The position numbers and the translations under genes are program-made. A DNA stretch of 64,000 bases, taken from NCBI RefSeq assembly GCF_036365525.1, contig NC_090399.1:54468430-54532429 (forward strand), written 5' to 3'. Positions within the stretch are counted from its first letter, which is position 1; the number at the start of each line of letters is the position of its first letter. Below, piece by piece: positions 49,962 through 61,879 of the stretch. The stretch comes from Heterodontus francisci (Eukaryota). Under the pieces are notes generated by a model. That model was given only the letters and a program-made list of their open reading frames with translations, made no database searches and was not told where the DNA came from.

Positions 49962-51334
49962 ATCAGACCCTCACTCCCGACTGTGAGAAGACTAGTCACC
50001 CCTCCCTACCCCATCACATCGGACCCTCACTCCCGATTGTGAGGAGACCACTCCCCCCCGCCCTACCCCATCACATCAGACCCTCACTCCCGACTGTGGA
50101 GAGACCACTCCCCCTCCCTACCCCATCACATCAGACCCTCACTCCTGACTATGGGGAGATCACTCCCTCCTCCCTACCCCATCACATCAGACCCTCACTC
50201 CCGGCTGTGGGGAGATCACTCCCTCCTCCCTACCCCATCACATCAGACCCTCACTCCCGACTGTGGAGAGACCACTCCCCCTCCCTACCCCATCACATCA
50301 GACCCTCACTCCTGACTATGGGGAGATCACTCCCTCCTCCCTACCCCATCACATCAGACCCTCACTCCCGGCTGTGGGGAGATCACTCCCTCCTCCCTAC
50401 CCCATCACATCAGACCCTCACTCCCGACTGTGGGGAGATCACTCCCTCCTCCCTACCCCATCACATCAGACCCTCACTCCTGACTATGGGGAGACCACTC
50501 CCTACCCCATCACATCAGACCCTCACTCCCGACTGTGAGAAGACAAGTCCCACCTCACTGCCCATCACATCAGACCCTCACTCCCGACTGTGGAGAGACC
50601 ACTCCCCCTCCGTACCCCATCACATCAGACCCTCACTCCTGACTATGGGGAGATCACTCCCTCCTCCCTACCCCATCACATCAGACCCTCACTCCCGGCT
50701 GTGGGGATATCACTCCCTCCTCCCTACCCCATCACATCAGACCCTCACTCCCGACTGTGGGGAGATCACTCCCTCCTCCCTACCCCATCACATCAGACCC
50801 TCACTCCTGACTATGGGGAGATCACTCCCTCCTCCCTACCCCATCACATCAGACCCTCACTCCCGACTGTGAGAAGACAAGTCCCACCTCACTGCCCATC
50901 ACATCAGACCCTCACTCCCGACTGTGGAGAGACCACTCCCCCTCCGTACCCCATCACATCAGACCCTCACTCCCGACTGTGAGAAGACAAGTCCCACCTC
51001 ACTGCCCATCACATCGGACCCTCACTCCCGGCTGTGGGGAGACCACTCCCTCCTCCCTACCCCATCACATCAGACCCTCACTCCCGGCTGTGGGGAGACC
51101 ACTCCCTCCTCCCTAACCAATCGCAACAGACCCTACAAGTGGAAACATTTTCTCTACCCTATCAAACATTACACATCTATCAGGTCATCTCTCAGTCTTG
51201 TCTTTCCTAGAGGGAGCATGACAGGCTGTTCAATCATCCCAGCTAGGTATTACCCTCTCAGTTCTGGTACCATTCCTGTGGGAATTCAGCTTTAACTGAG
51301 ATTTGGAATTTGATTGTGGGACTCAAAGTCCAGA

Positions 51335-51872
51335 CAACTCAGCATTTCTCCATGGCATTCACATCTTTCAATTTATAAAAACTACATTTGCTGCTCATGA
51401 TGTTGTCTTCTGTACATTGAGGAAGCCAAACACAGAATGGGCGATCACTTTCATCCGTAAGAGTAACCCCAAGCTTCTGGCCAGCTGTCATTTTAATTCT
51501 CCTCCCACTCCCACTCTGATCTCGGCCTCATACACTCTTCTTATGTAGCTGAACTGAGCTCGAGGAACAGCATCTGATCTTCTGGACTCAACATTGAGTT
51601 CAACAATTTCAGATTGTGCAAAAGCAAAATGCTGGAAATCTGAAATAAAACAAAGTTCTGGAAACACTCAGAGGGTCTGGCAGCAGCTGTGGAGAGAGAA
51701 ACAGAGCTAATATTTCAGCTCAATGACCTTTCATCGGAACTCAGGCCGAAAGATCATCGCCCTGAAAGGTTAACTTTCATTCTCCACAGTTCCTGTCCAA
51801 CCTGTTGAGCAGTTCCAGCATTTTCCCTCTTTTCTTTCAGATTTCCAGCATCTGCAGTATTTTGCTTTTGTT
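51335..51872 (+). mobile_element. Penelope-like element remnant: GIY-YIG endonuclease C-terminus plus fold-back terminus
   Basis: YICCS.CCLLYIEEAKHRMGDHF..CHFNSP..LEEQHLIF..GLNIEFNNFR. Inverted arms AAAAGCAAAAT..GCTGGAAATCTGAAA (51620) / TTTCAGATTTCCAGC..ATTTTGCTTTT (51870). Confidence 0.8.
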
Positions 51873-51949
51873 CTTCCAGATTCTCAGGGATGGCGCGGAT
51901 ACGTGGTCGGAAGCACATTTTGAGGTCAAATATGACACTAATGTTATGA

Positions 51950-52572
51950 ACAGCCGCTTATTTCCACCTCCATAACATCACCAGACTCCAGCCTGCCTCA
52001 GTTCATCTGCTGCTGAAACCCTTGTTCATACCTTTGTTACCTCGAGAGTTGGCTAATTCCAACACACTCCTTGCTGGTCACCCACATTCTCCTCTCTGTA
52101 AACTTGAGGTCATCCGAAACTCTGCAGCCATCTCCGAACTTGCACCAAGTCCTGTTGCTCTACCACCCCTATGCTCACTGACCTAAACTGGTTCCCAGTC
52201 AAGCAACACCTTGATGATAAAAAATGCAGATCCTGTTTTCAAATCCCTCCATGGCCTCACCCCTCCTTAACTCTGTAATCTCCTCCAACCCCTCAACCCT
52301 CTGAAATATCTGCACTCATCCAATTCCCAATTTTAATCAGTCCACCATTGGTGGCTATGCTTCAGTTGCTGAGGCCCTAAGCTCTGGAATACCCTCCCTA
52401 CACCTCTCCACCTCTCTCTCTCCTCCCTAAAACCTATGTCTTACCAAGCTTTTGGTCGTCTGCCCTAAGACACCCTTATGTGTCTCAGTGTCATATTTTG
52501 TTTTATAATGCTCCTGTGAAGCACCTAGAGTTGCTTTATTATGTAAAAGGCGCTATATAAATATAAGCTGTT
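51950..52572 (+). mobile_element. L2 LINE 3' end
   Basis: Decayed ETLVHTFVTSR..WFPV..FKSLHGL, then the L2 terminus TGTGAAGCAC..AAAGGCGCTATATAAAT. Confidence 0.88.
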
Positions 52573-52719
52573 TCTTGTTTAATTGTCAAACAATATTCAG
52601 TTCAGTGCCCCTGTCATGTGATGATGAAGATCATAGTATTTCTTTAATTAGAGAGTTCGCAATATTTGGAAACTTTATTGTGACACTGACTCAAACTCTC
52701 CAGGACTCTTCCAACTGGA

Positions 52720-52785
52720 GAATGTTGACTGAGTGATGTTTCTTTATTTTGATTGGACACTAACATGTCATCCAACCAATCACTA
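52720..52785 (+). promoter_or_regulatory. Candidate MHC class I proximal promoter (X2-like, Y box, CCAAT)
   Basis: TGACTGAGTGATG, ATTGG at 52752-52756 and CCAAT at 52776-52780, ~140-170 bp upstream of the leader ATG. Confidence 0.5.
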
Positions 52786-52922
52786 TGAAGGTGTCTGAAT
52801 AAACAGTAGTATTTTCTGGTTTAAGACAGTCAACATTGGGCATAGTTTATGGACCCAGAGACAGTCTCTTGGGAAAGGATTTCACAAAATCTGTTCGTTC
52901 CAGCCTGTTGAGAGAAGCAACA

Positions 52923-52972
52923 ATGATTGGATTCATAGTGCTGGCCCCTTCTGTGTGGAGGGGTCTCGGTGG
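52923..52972 (+). pseudogene. MHC class I pseudogene exon 1 (leader), +1 frameshift
   Basis: ATGATTGGATTCATAGTGCTGGCC[C]CTTCTGTGTGGAGGGGTCTCGGTGG|GTGGGT. Removing one C gives MIGFIVLALLCGGVSV-G with a phase-1 donor, like shark class I leaders. Confidence 0.8.
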
Positions 52973-53074
52973 GTGGGTAATAAGTCTGTGAGTGTCTCTG
53001 TGCCAGGCTGGGTACTGAGGCATTAACCTCGGTCAGTAGATAATGGGCTCTGAGTGGATCAGTGCCAGGCTGGA

Positions 53075-55030
53075 TTTTTAAAATTTATTCTTTCATGGAT
53101 GTTGGCATCACTGGCTAGGCCAGCATTTATTGTCCAACCCTAATTGCCCTTGAGAAGGTGGTGGTGAGCTGCCTTCTTGAACTGCTGCAGTTCATGTGGG
53201 GTAGGTATACCCACAGTGCTGTTAGGAAGGGAGTTCCAGGATTGTGACCCAGCTATCAAGTCAGGATGGTGTGTGACTTGGAGGGGAACTTGCAGGTGGT
53301 GGTGTTCCCATGTATGTGCTGCCCTTGTCCTTGGGGGTGGTAGAGGTCGCGGGTTTGGAAGGTGCTGCTGAAGAAGCCTTGGTGAGTTGCTGCAGTGCAT
53401 CTTGTAGATGGTACACACTGCTGCCACTGTGCTTCGGTGGTGGAGGGAGTGAATGTTTGAAGATGGGGTGCCGATCACGTGGGCTGCTTTCTCCTGGATG
53501 GTGTTGAGCTTCTTGAGTGTTGTTGGAGCTGCATTGATCCAGGTAAGTGGAGAGTATTCCATCACACTCCTGACTTATGCCTTGTAGATGGTGGACTTTG
53601 GGGAGTCAGGAGGTGAGGTACTTCAGAATTCCCAGCCTCTGACCTGCTCTTGTAGCCACAGTATTTATATGGCTACTCCAGTTCAGTTTCTGGTCAATGG
53701 TAGCCCCTAGGATGTTGATAGTGGGGGCTTCAGCGATTGTAATTCCATCAAATGTGAAGGGGAGATGGTTAGATTCTCTCTTGTTGGAGATGGTCATTGC
53801 CTGGCACTTGTGTGGCGCGAATGTTACTTGCCACTTATCAGCCCAAGCCTGGATATTGTCCAGGTCTTGCTGCATTTCTACACAGACTGCTTCAGTATCT
53901 GAGGCGTCGTACTGAGCAATGGTACTGAGCATTGTGCAATCATCAGCGAACATCCCCACTTCTGACCTTCTAATTGAAGGAAGGTCATTGGTGAAGCAGC
54001 TGAAGATGGTTGGGCCCAGGACACTACCCTGAGGAACTCCTGCAGTGATGTCCTGGAGCTGAGATGATTGACCTCCAACAACTGCAACCATCTTCCTTTG
54101 TGCTAGGTATGACTACAACCAGCGGAGTTTTCCCCTGATTCCCATTGACCTCAGTTTTGCTAGGGCTCCTTGATGCCATACCTGGTCAAATGCTGCCTTG
54201 ATGTCTAGCGCAGTCACTCTCACCTCAATTCTTGAGTTAAGCTCTTTTGTCCATATTTAAACAAAGGCTGTAATGAGGTCAGGAGCTGAGTGGCCCTGGC
54301 AGAACCCAAACTGAGCGTCACTGAGCAGGTTATTGCTAAGCAAGTGCCGCTTGATGGCACAGTTGATGACATCTTCCATCACTTGGCTGATGATTAGGAG
54401 TAGACTGATGGGGCGGTAATTGGCCGGGTGAGATTTATCCTGCTTTTTGTGTACAGGACATACCTGGGCAATTTTCCACATGGTCGGGTAGATGCCAGTG
54501 TTGTAGCTCAACTAGAACAGCTTAGATAGGGGCATGGCCAGTTCTGGAGTACAGGTCTTCAGTACTATTGCTGGAATGTTGTCAGTGCCCATAGACTTTG
54601 TAGTTTCCAGTGCTTTCAGCCATTTCTTGATATCACATGGAGTGAATCGGATTGGCTGAGGACTGGCATCTGCGATGCTGGGGACCTGAGAAGGAGGCCG
54701 AGATGGATCCTCCACTCGGCACTTCTGGCTGAAGATTGTTGCAAATGCTTCAGCCTTATCTTTTACAGTGATGTGCCGGGCTCCCGCATCATTGAGGATG
54801 GGGATATTTGTGGAGCCACCTCCTCCAGTTATTTGTTTAATTGTCCACCACCATTCACGGCTGGATGTGGCAGGACTGCAGAGCTTAGATCTAATCCCTT
54901 GGTCATGAGATCACTTTGCTCTGTCTATCCCATGATGCTTGCGCTGTTTGGCACGCAAGTAGTCCTGGGTTGTAGCTTCACCAGGTTGACACCTCATTTT
55001 GAGGTATGCCTGCTGTTCCTGGCATGCCCT
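53075..55030 (-). mobile_element. CR1-group LINE (RT to 3' end) in MHC intron 1
   Basis: KSMGTDNIP, NYRPISLL, GVPQGSVLGP, FADDCT, LLKGN. Confidence 0.92.
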
Positions 55031-55314
55031 CCTGTACTGGGGCATTAACCCTCAGTCAGTGGGTAATGGAGACTGAGAGGGTCTCAGTGCCAGGCTTGGT
55101 AGTGGGGCTGGAGAGGGAGAGAGACCATGCTGGGGACTGAGTGTTAGGTTCATGAGGCTGGGAGGCTGATAGTGGGGCCAGAGAGAGGAAGCAGTAAGAG
55201 GAGGGTTTCAGCCCCTCGAGTCTCTTCCTCAGCCAATGAGATCATGGCTAATCTGTACCTCATTTACCGCCTTTACACAATATCACGCGACCTCCTTTCT
55301 TAACAAATCTATTT

Positions 55315-55475
55315 ATGGAGCGAGAAACAGAGTTAACATTCTGACGAAAGGTCACATACCTGAAACGTTAACTCCGTTTCTTTCTCCACCGATGCTGCCA
55401 GACCTGCTGTGTATTTCCGGCATTTTCTGTTTATATTTCAGATTTCCAGTAGCTGCAGTATTTTGCTTTTGTAAA
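55315..55475 (+). mobile_element. Penelope-type terminal remnant with hammerhead core at 55341-55369
   Basis: CTGACGA-AAGGTCACATACCT-GAAA-CG-TT, followed by the family right arm. Confidence 0.75.
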
Positions 55476-55481
55476 AGACGA

Positions 55482-56907
55482 TGGACTGGATTTGCAAACC
55501 CCCCACTAAGTGCAGGTGAGCGCGATTTGAATATTGCGTTCTCGGAGGTCGGGGCTGGATCCCGCCGGCTCCGAAACGTGACACCATTTTGGAAGGAACG
55601 AGCCTGTTGAGTGTGAAAGTGCCTGTTGAGCTCATTGTAACAGGCTTGTCTGCAGCAGGTCGGAATTTTTAAAGGCTGGGAACACGACAGAGTTAGAAAG
55701 ATGTGAATAATGCGGAGGGCCATGAGGAAGGGCAGAGTAAAATAAAGCAGAGGCAGAAAATAAAGCTTCAGATGTGCCTGCAGAGTGGCCATTGCTGCAG
55801 CTGGAAGACTTGCTTTGCTCAGTGGCAATTGGCAGGAAAGCGGAGAGGGTCGTGCGGCCGTTGGCATCACAGGGACAACTGGAATTGGCAAGGTCAGTCT
55901 GGTGAATGCATAAAGCCCAGCTGGGGGAGTTCAGATGGGAACGGGCTACTCTGTTGTTGTACAGAGCAGCCAGGATGAGCTGTGGCAGATACAACCTCCT
56001 GGGCAGTCGGAGGTCAGAGGAGCAGAGCGGGAGGGCTGCAAGGGGAGGAAGATGCTACCCACAACATTGGGTGGACAGCCCAAGAGTCAGCTATCTGCAA
56101 ATGACAGAGAGCCAGTGCCGTAGGATGCTACGCCTATCCAGGCAGATGGTCTCGGTCCTGTGTGCTCTGATCCACAATGACCTGAGAGGCCTCATGGCAG
56201 TCCCTTACCCGCAGCAGTCCAGGTCTCTGTCAACCTGAACTTTTAATCAACCAGGTTATTCCAGGGATCAGCTGTGGACCCAGGTAGCATCACACAGTCT
56301 GCAACTCCTTGGGCCATCAGGCAGGTTATGGATACCATATTCAGGAGGGTGGGGCACGACATTCACTTTGACACTAATGGGCCTGGAAGGGCTTCCACTC
56401 CTTCAACTGGTCTGCGACCACAAGACATTCCTCCATGTGTGCACTCACTTTCCTGGCAGCTGCCATGACTCCTTCGGCCTCGGTCCTTCACTCTATCCCC
56501 CAAAGCGCATGGGGACCAGGGAAATCCCTTGAAGAGATGGCTACTGACCCCTCGACAGGAACTCCGGACAGAGGCACAGAGACGAAACAACCAATGTGGG
56601 CATCGATGGAGCGAGGTTCTGCCCTGCTCCTAGTGTCAGGTCTCCAGCTCTTCTGTGACATCTCACTTCCCTGTGGTGCTGTGGAAGGCAGATCGCTCCC
56701 CCAGGACAACAAGCAGCCTCAGTGATGGCTGCCCTGGGGAGTCTACATGAGCCCCACACATGATCTGACCCACTGCCATTTTCAATCCCACTGGCTCTAA
56801 GAGGGCTGGAAACCCGTCTCCAAACTAAGTTAGGGCTTTCCTACTCAAAACTTGCAATCTGAATCAGTATCCCACAGGAGGCAGGTTTCTGCCCAAAAAC
56901 CAGACCC
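55482..56907 (+). mobile_element. PIF/Harbinger DNA transposon remnant (HARBI1-like transposase N-terminus)
   Basis: SYLQMTESQCRRMLRLSR..LCALI, then VQVSVNLNF*STRLFQGSAVDPGSITQSA..IRQVMDTIFRR (~56085-56370). Degenerate GG(A/G)CTGG-type ends. Confidence 0.75.
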
Positions 56908-56924
56908 AGTTCCTGTTTTCCACT

Positions 56925-58050
56925 TCCATATCTCTCCCAGTTTTGAAAGATTCGATTGACCCCCAGTGGTCACAGCCTTTTTTGGGGAGATCATTCCAGA
57001 TTTCACTACCCTTTCTCTGAGAAAGTGTTTCCGATTTCTCTCCCAAACGGCTGAAGTTTAATTTTAAGATTATGCCCCCTGTTCTTGATTCCTCCACCAG
57101 AGGGAATAGTTTCTCCATAACTAATCTATTGGGTTGTTTTTAACATTTTAAACACCTCGATCAATTCACCCCTTATACTTCTAAACTCAAGGGAATACAA
57201 GGCAACTTTACACAACCTGTGCTCGTAATTTAACCCTTTGCGCCCCAGTATCATTCTGGTACATCTGCACTCCCTCCAAGTCCAATATATCCTTTGTGAG
57301 ATGCAGTGCCCAGAACTGACTGCAGTTCTCCAGGTGTGGTCTATACAGCTGGAATATAACATCCACCTCTTTGTATTGCAGCCCTTCAGATAAAGGTTAA
57401 CATTCCATCAGCCTGTTTAATGATTGTTTATACCCGTCCTCTAGCTTTTACTAATTTCTGTAAAGGGGCCCTAAATCTCGCTGCTTCTACACTTCCTGCC
57501 ATCTCACTATTTAGAAAATACTCTGATCTATCTTTTTTAGTTCCATCGTGGATGACCTCACCTCCCCACATTGACCTCCACCTGCCACAGTTTTTCCCAC
57601 TCACTTAATCTGTCAATGTCCCTTTCCAACTCCCATCTTCACATCCTACTGTTCCTCCTAACATTGTGTCATTGATTCCTTCATCCAAGTCATTTCTAAA
57701 TGTTGTGAAAAGTTGAGTTCCCAGACCAGATCCCTGGGGGCACCATAAGTCACATTCCACTATTCAGAGTTCATACCCTTTACCCCCACTCTCTGTCTCC
57801 TCCTTCCCAACCAATATTCAAACTCAAGTCAAAAGACTGCCTCCAATTCCATGCACTCTCATTTTTGCTGAACAGTCTCTCATGTAGAAGCTTATCAACT
57901 GCCTTCTGCAAATCCGTCCATAGACACTCCCTTATCCTCCATGTTGGTGACCTCCACACAGAATTCAACCAGATTAATCAGATCTGTGGTTTCTTTAACA
58001 AATCCATGGCCCTCTCTGATCAGCTCATATTTATTCATGTGCTCCGTCAC
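56925..58050 (-). mobile_element. Old CR1 fragment
   Basis: HMNKYELIREGHGFVK, DLQKAVDK, RSIRGELIEVFKML. Confidence 0.85.
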
Positions 58051-58294
58051 TCTGTTAATAGTGACAGGTTCTCGTAGCTTCGCCAAATCCAACATTAGAC
58101 TGACTCCTTCAAACTCCAACCCCTCAGTACTGCTGCTCCTGGTCCATGATGCTTTGTTCGCTATTATGACCATCCTTCCCACAACCTTGCTTTTTATCCC
58201 CACAGGTAACAGATCCATCGTATGTGTTGGACAAGACTAGATACCACAGTCCCTCCTTCTCTGTCAATACATGATTCCCCAACCCTGCAGTCTG

Positions 58295-60880
58295 TCAGAT
58301 GGGTCTTCCATCCCTTGCAGTGGGACATTAACAATGCAATACAGATACGGCGCGATGCCAATATCATCACCCTCTATAAAAACAAAGGTGACCGCGGTGA
58401 CTGCAACAACTATCGTGGAATCTCCCTGCTCAGCACAGTGGGGAAAGTTTTCGCTCGAGTCGCTCTAAACAGGCTCCTGAAGCTGGCCGAGCGCGTCTAC
58501 CCTGAGGCACAGTGTGGCTTTCGTGCAGAGAGATCGACCGTTGACATGCTGTTCTCCCTTCGTCAGATACAGGAGAAATGCCGTGAACAACAGATGCCCC
58601 TCTACATTGCTTTCATTGATCTCACCAAAGCCTTTGACCTCATCAGCAGACGTGGTCTCTTCAGACTACTAGAAAAGATTGGATGCCCACCAAAGCTACT
58701 AAGTATCATCACCTCATTCCATGACAATATGAAAGGCACAACTCAACATGGTGGCTCCTCATCAGACCCCTTTCCTATCCTGAGTGGTGTGAAACAGGGC
58801 TGTGTTCTCGCACCCACACTTTTTGGGATTTTCTTCTCCCTGCTGCTTTCACATGCGTTCAAGTCCTCTGAAGAAGGAATTTTCCTCCACACAAGATCAG
58901 GGGGCAGGTTGTTCAACCTTGCCCGTCTAAGAGCGAAGTCCAAAGTACGGAAAGTCCTCATCAGTGAACTCCTCTTTGCTGACGATGCTGCTTTAACATC
59001 TCACACTGAAGAGTGCCTGCAGAGTCTCATCGACAGGTTTGCGGCTGCCTGCAACGAATTTGGCCTAACCGTCAGCCTCAAGAAAATGAACATCATGGGG
59101 CAGGATGTCAGAAATGCTCCATCCATCAATATTGGTGACCACGCTCTGGAAGTGGTTCAAGAGTTCACCTACCTAGGCTCAACTATCACCAGTAACTTGT
59201 CTCTAGATGCAGAAATCAACAAGTGCATGGGAAAGGCTTCCACTGCTATGTCCAGACTGGCCAAGAGAGTGTGGGAAAATGGCGCACTGACACGGAACAC
59301 AAAAGTCCGAGTGTATCAGGCCTGTGTCCTCAGTACCTTGCTCTATGGCAGTGAGGCCTGGACAACGTATGTCAGCCAAGAGCAACGTCTCAATTCATTC
59401 CATCTTCGCTGCCTCCGGAGAATACTTGGCATCAGGTGGCAGGACCGTATCTCCAACACAGAAGTCCTCGAGGCGGCCAACATCCCCAGCTTATACACAC
59501 TACAGAGTCAGCGGCGCTTGAGATGGCTTGGCCATGTGAGCCGTATGGAAGATGGCAGGATCCCCAAAGACACATTGTACAGCGAGCTCGCCACTGGTAT
59601 CAGACCCACCGGCCGTCCATGTCTCCACTATAAAGACGTCTGCAAACACGACATGAAGTCCTGTGACATTGATCACAAGTCGTGGGAGTCAGTTGCCAGC
59701 GATCGTCAGAGCTGGCGGGCAGCCATAAAGACGAGGCTAAAGTGTGGCAAGTCGAAGAGACTTAGTAGTTGGCAGGAAAAAAGACAGAGGCGCAAGGGGA
59801 GAGCCAACTGTGTAACACCCCCGACAAACAAATTTCTCTTCAGCACCTGTGGAAGAGTCTGTCACTCTAGAATTGGCCTCTATAGCCACTCCAGGCACTG
59901 CTTCACAAACCACTGACCACCTCCAGGCGCTTACCCATTGTCTCTCGAGATAAGGAGGCCAAAGAAGAGAAAGAAGAAGAAGAAAGAAGACAGATACGGC
60001 AAGTCAACATGGAAACCACAAACGTTCTACCTGGTAAATACAAGCAGACCAGCAGTGGCAGGACTACCAGTGTGTAAGAACCTCAACATCATAACCATCC
60101 AGAAGGTCACCAAGATACCCATTACAATAAAAGAGACCAAGGGGATGCACATTGAGTCAGTTCACGATCTACAACAAATGTACCCGGACAGATTCGATGC
60201 CATCGGAGATTTCAAAGGCAATGCCAGACTGCACCTCAGAGAGGATGCAATTCTGTTCATCGACCTTCCCAGAAAGTGCAGCGTGCACATACAAGAAAAG
60301 CTTAAGCATGAGTTGGATGGCATGGAACGCAATGGCATTATCCATTGTGTGTATCATCACACAGACTGACTGGTGCAGCTCAATTACATGCGTACTGAAG
60401 AAAGATGGAGCAATTGGGTTATGTCTAGATCTGAGGCGTCTAATCCTCTCCCTAAAGAGATACTCCCACAAGATCCCGACATTAGAGGAATTGAATCCAA
60501 GTTCACAGGAGACAAATTCTTCTCCAAGTTGGATGCCAAACATGGATATTGGTTGATACACCTAACTAAGGAATCTCAGGAAGTCACCACCTTCAGAACA
60601 CCATTTGGAAGATATTGTTTCAGAGACTGCCCAGTAGCTCGTCACGAAGGGCTCATTTTTAACAGCAAGAAGTTCCAGGTGAATGTAAGTCAGATCGGTT
60701 TTTTTTAGCTCCATCTATTCCAGTTGCGGAATCCGTCCTGACCCAGGCAAAATCGAAGATGTAAGACATATGCCTGCCCCACAAGATAAGGAAGACTTCC
60801 AGAGATGTATTGGATTTTTCAGCTATTTGGCACCACACATTCCAAATTTTTCTGACAAAGCATCATCTGCTCACACTGAG
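58295..60880 (+). mobile_element. Gypsy (K02A2.6/Mag-like) pol fragment (protease end + RT), split by an RTE
   Basis: DGSSIPCSGTLTMQYRYG|KSTWKPQTFYLV..GLPVCKNLNII, WCSSITCVLKKDG..CLDLRRL, FSKLDAKHGYW..TTFRTPFGRYCF. Confidence 0.85.
58352..59989 (+). mobile_element. Young RTE-clade LINE, 5'-truncated, open RT frame
   Basis: Stop-free frame to 59916. (AAG)n tail. Perfect 11-bp TSD ACAGATACGGC at 58341-58351 and 59990-60000. Confidence 0.96.
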
Positions 60881-60899
60881 AAAAGATGTTGCATCAGAC

Positions 60900-61150
60900 A
60901 ACATGTAAAAGCTTCTCATTACATTATCCCCGGGGTCCTGGCCAATATTTAATCCCTCAATCAACATCACAAAAACAGATTATCTGGTCATTATCACATT
61001 GCTGTTTGTGGGATCTTGCTGTGTACAAATTGACTGCTGCATTTCCGACATTATAAACAGTGACTACACTTCAAAAATATTTCATTGGACTTCTCAAAGC
61101 GGTTTACAACCAATGGCCGTGAAAGGTGCTGCATAAATGCAAGACTTTTT
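60900..61150 (+). mobile_element. DeuSINE (SacSINE1-like) 3' part
   Basis: CCTGGCCAATATT..CAGATTATCTGGTCATTATCACATTGCTGTTTGTGGGA..CAGTGACTACACTTCAAAA..GTGAAAGG..ATAAATGCAAG. Confidence 0.85.
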
Positions 61151-61209
61151 TTTCATACCCTGATTTATCTCTCTGTGGGGTTGGTGTTTTGGGGTTCATT
61201 CTCTGATTT

Positions 61210-61460
61210 GTTTGTCTGTCTCTCTCTCTGTCTGTGTCTGTGTGTCTCTCTCTCTCTGTCTGTGTGTCTCTCTCTCTCTCTCTCTCTGTCGGTCTCTGTG
61301 TCTGACTCTCTCTCTGTCTCTCTCTGTCTGTCTCTCTCTGTCTGTCTCTCACTCTCCCTGTTTCTGTCTCGCTCCCTCTGTCTGTCTGTCTCCCTCTCTT
61401 TGCCTCTCTCCCCCTCTATTTCGCTCTCTCCCTTCATATCTCTCCCTTGATATCTCTCGC
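61210..61460 (+). repeat. (TC/TG)n compound microsatellite
   Basis: Direct reading. Confidence 0.95.
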
Positions 61461-61544
61461 TCTCCCTTTTACACATTATTTCTCTTCTTTTTTGGTTTGG
61501 TGTTTTGGGGTTCATGTCCTGATGTCTGTCTCTCTCTGTATCAG

Positions 61545-61805
61545 GCTGTCACTCTCTCCTGCATTTACTCGCAGCACTGACCCTGATTCTCGGTCTGCAG
61601 TACTTTGTGTTGGTTGGTTATATGGATGAGATGCTGAGTGTCCTGTATGTCAGCAATCGGAAGCAGCTGAACCCTCGGCAGGCTTGGATGGCGGAGAGCG
61701 AGGGCCCTGAGTACTGGGAGCAGTAGACACAGATGCAGCTGGGTGTAGAGAGAGAGATGAAATACAATAGTCAGACCATAATGGACTGGTCCAACCAGAC
61801 AGGCA
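61545..61805 (+). pseudogene. MHC class I pseudogene exon 2 (alpha-1 domain), in-frame stop
   Basis: Pyrimidine tract-CAG acceptor, 261 nt, phase 1-1, GTGAG donor. (G)CHSLLHLLAALTLILGLQYFVLVGYMDEMLSVLYVSNRKQLNPRQAWMAESEGPEYWEQ*TQMQLGVEREMKYNSQTIMDWSNQTG shows HSL, VGYxD, PRxxW, GPEYWE and the NQT glycosylation site. TAG at 61724-61726. Confidence 0.93.
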
Positions 61806-61879
61806 GTGAGACAGCACCGCGAACAGCTCTTTCTGCGAGTCAGGGCTGCGAATGCGGCAAAGGACCGGGAACGAGGGAA

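Larger units (their letters stand above)
46618..51115 (+). repeat. Minisatellite, ~55-56 bp unit, roughly 65-70 units
   Basis: Unit CCCTACCCCATCACATCAGACCCTCACTCC(C/T)GACT(G/A)TGGGGAGA(C/T)CACTCCCTCCT. Confidence 0.97.

Noticed and set aside
46618-51115. CRISPR-like repeat-spacer array
   Set aside because: The variable segments are point variants of one sequence, not unique spacers. Vertebrate context with no cas genes.
58222-59916. 564-aa domesticated RT gene
   Set aside because: 5'-truncated RTE with TSD and tail. The N-terminus is flanking sequence read through by chance.
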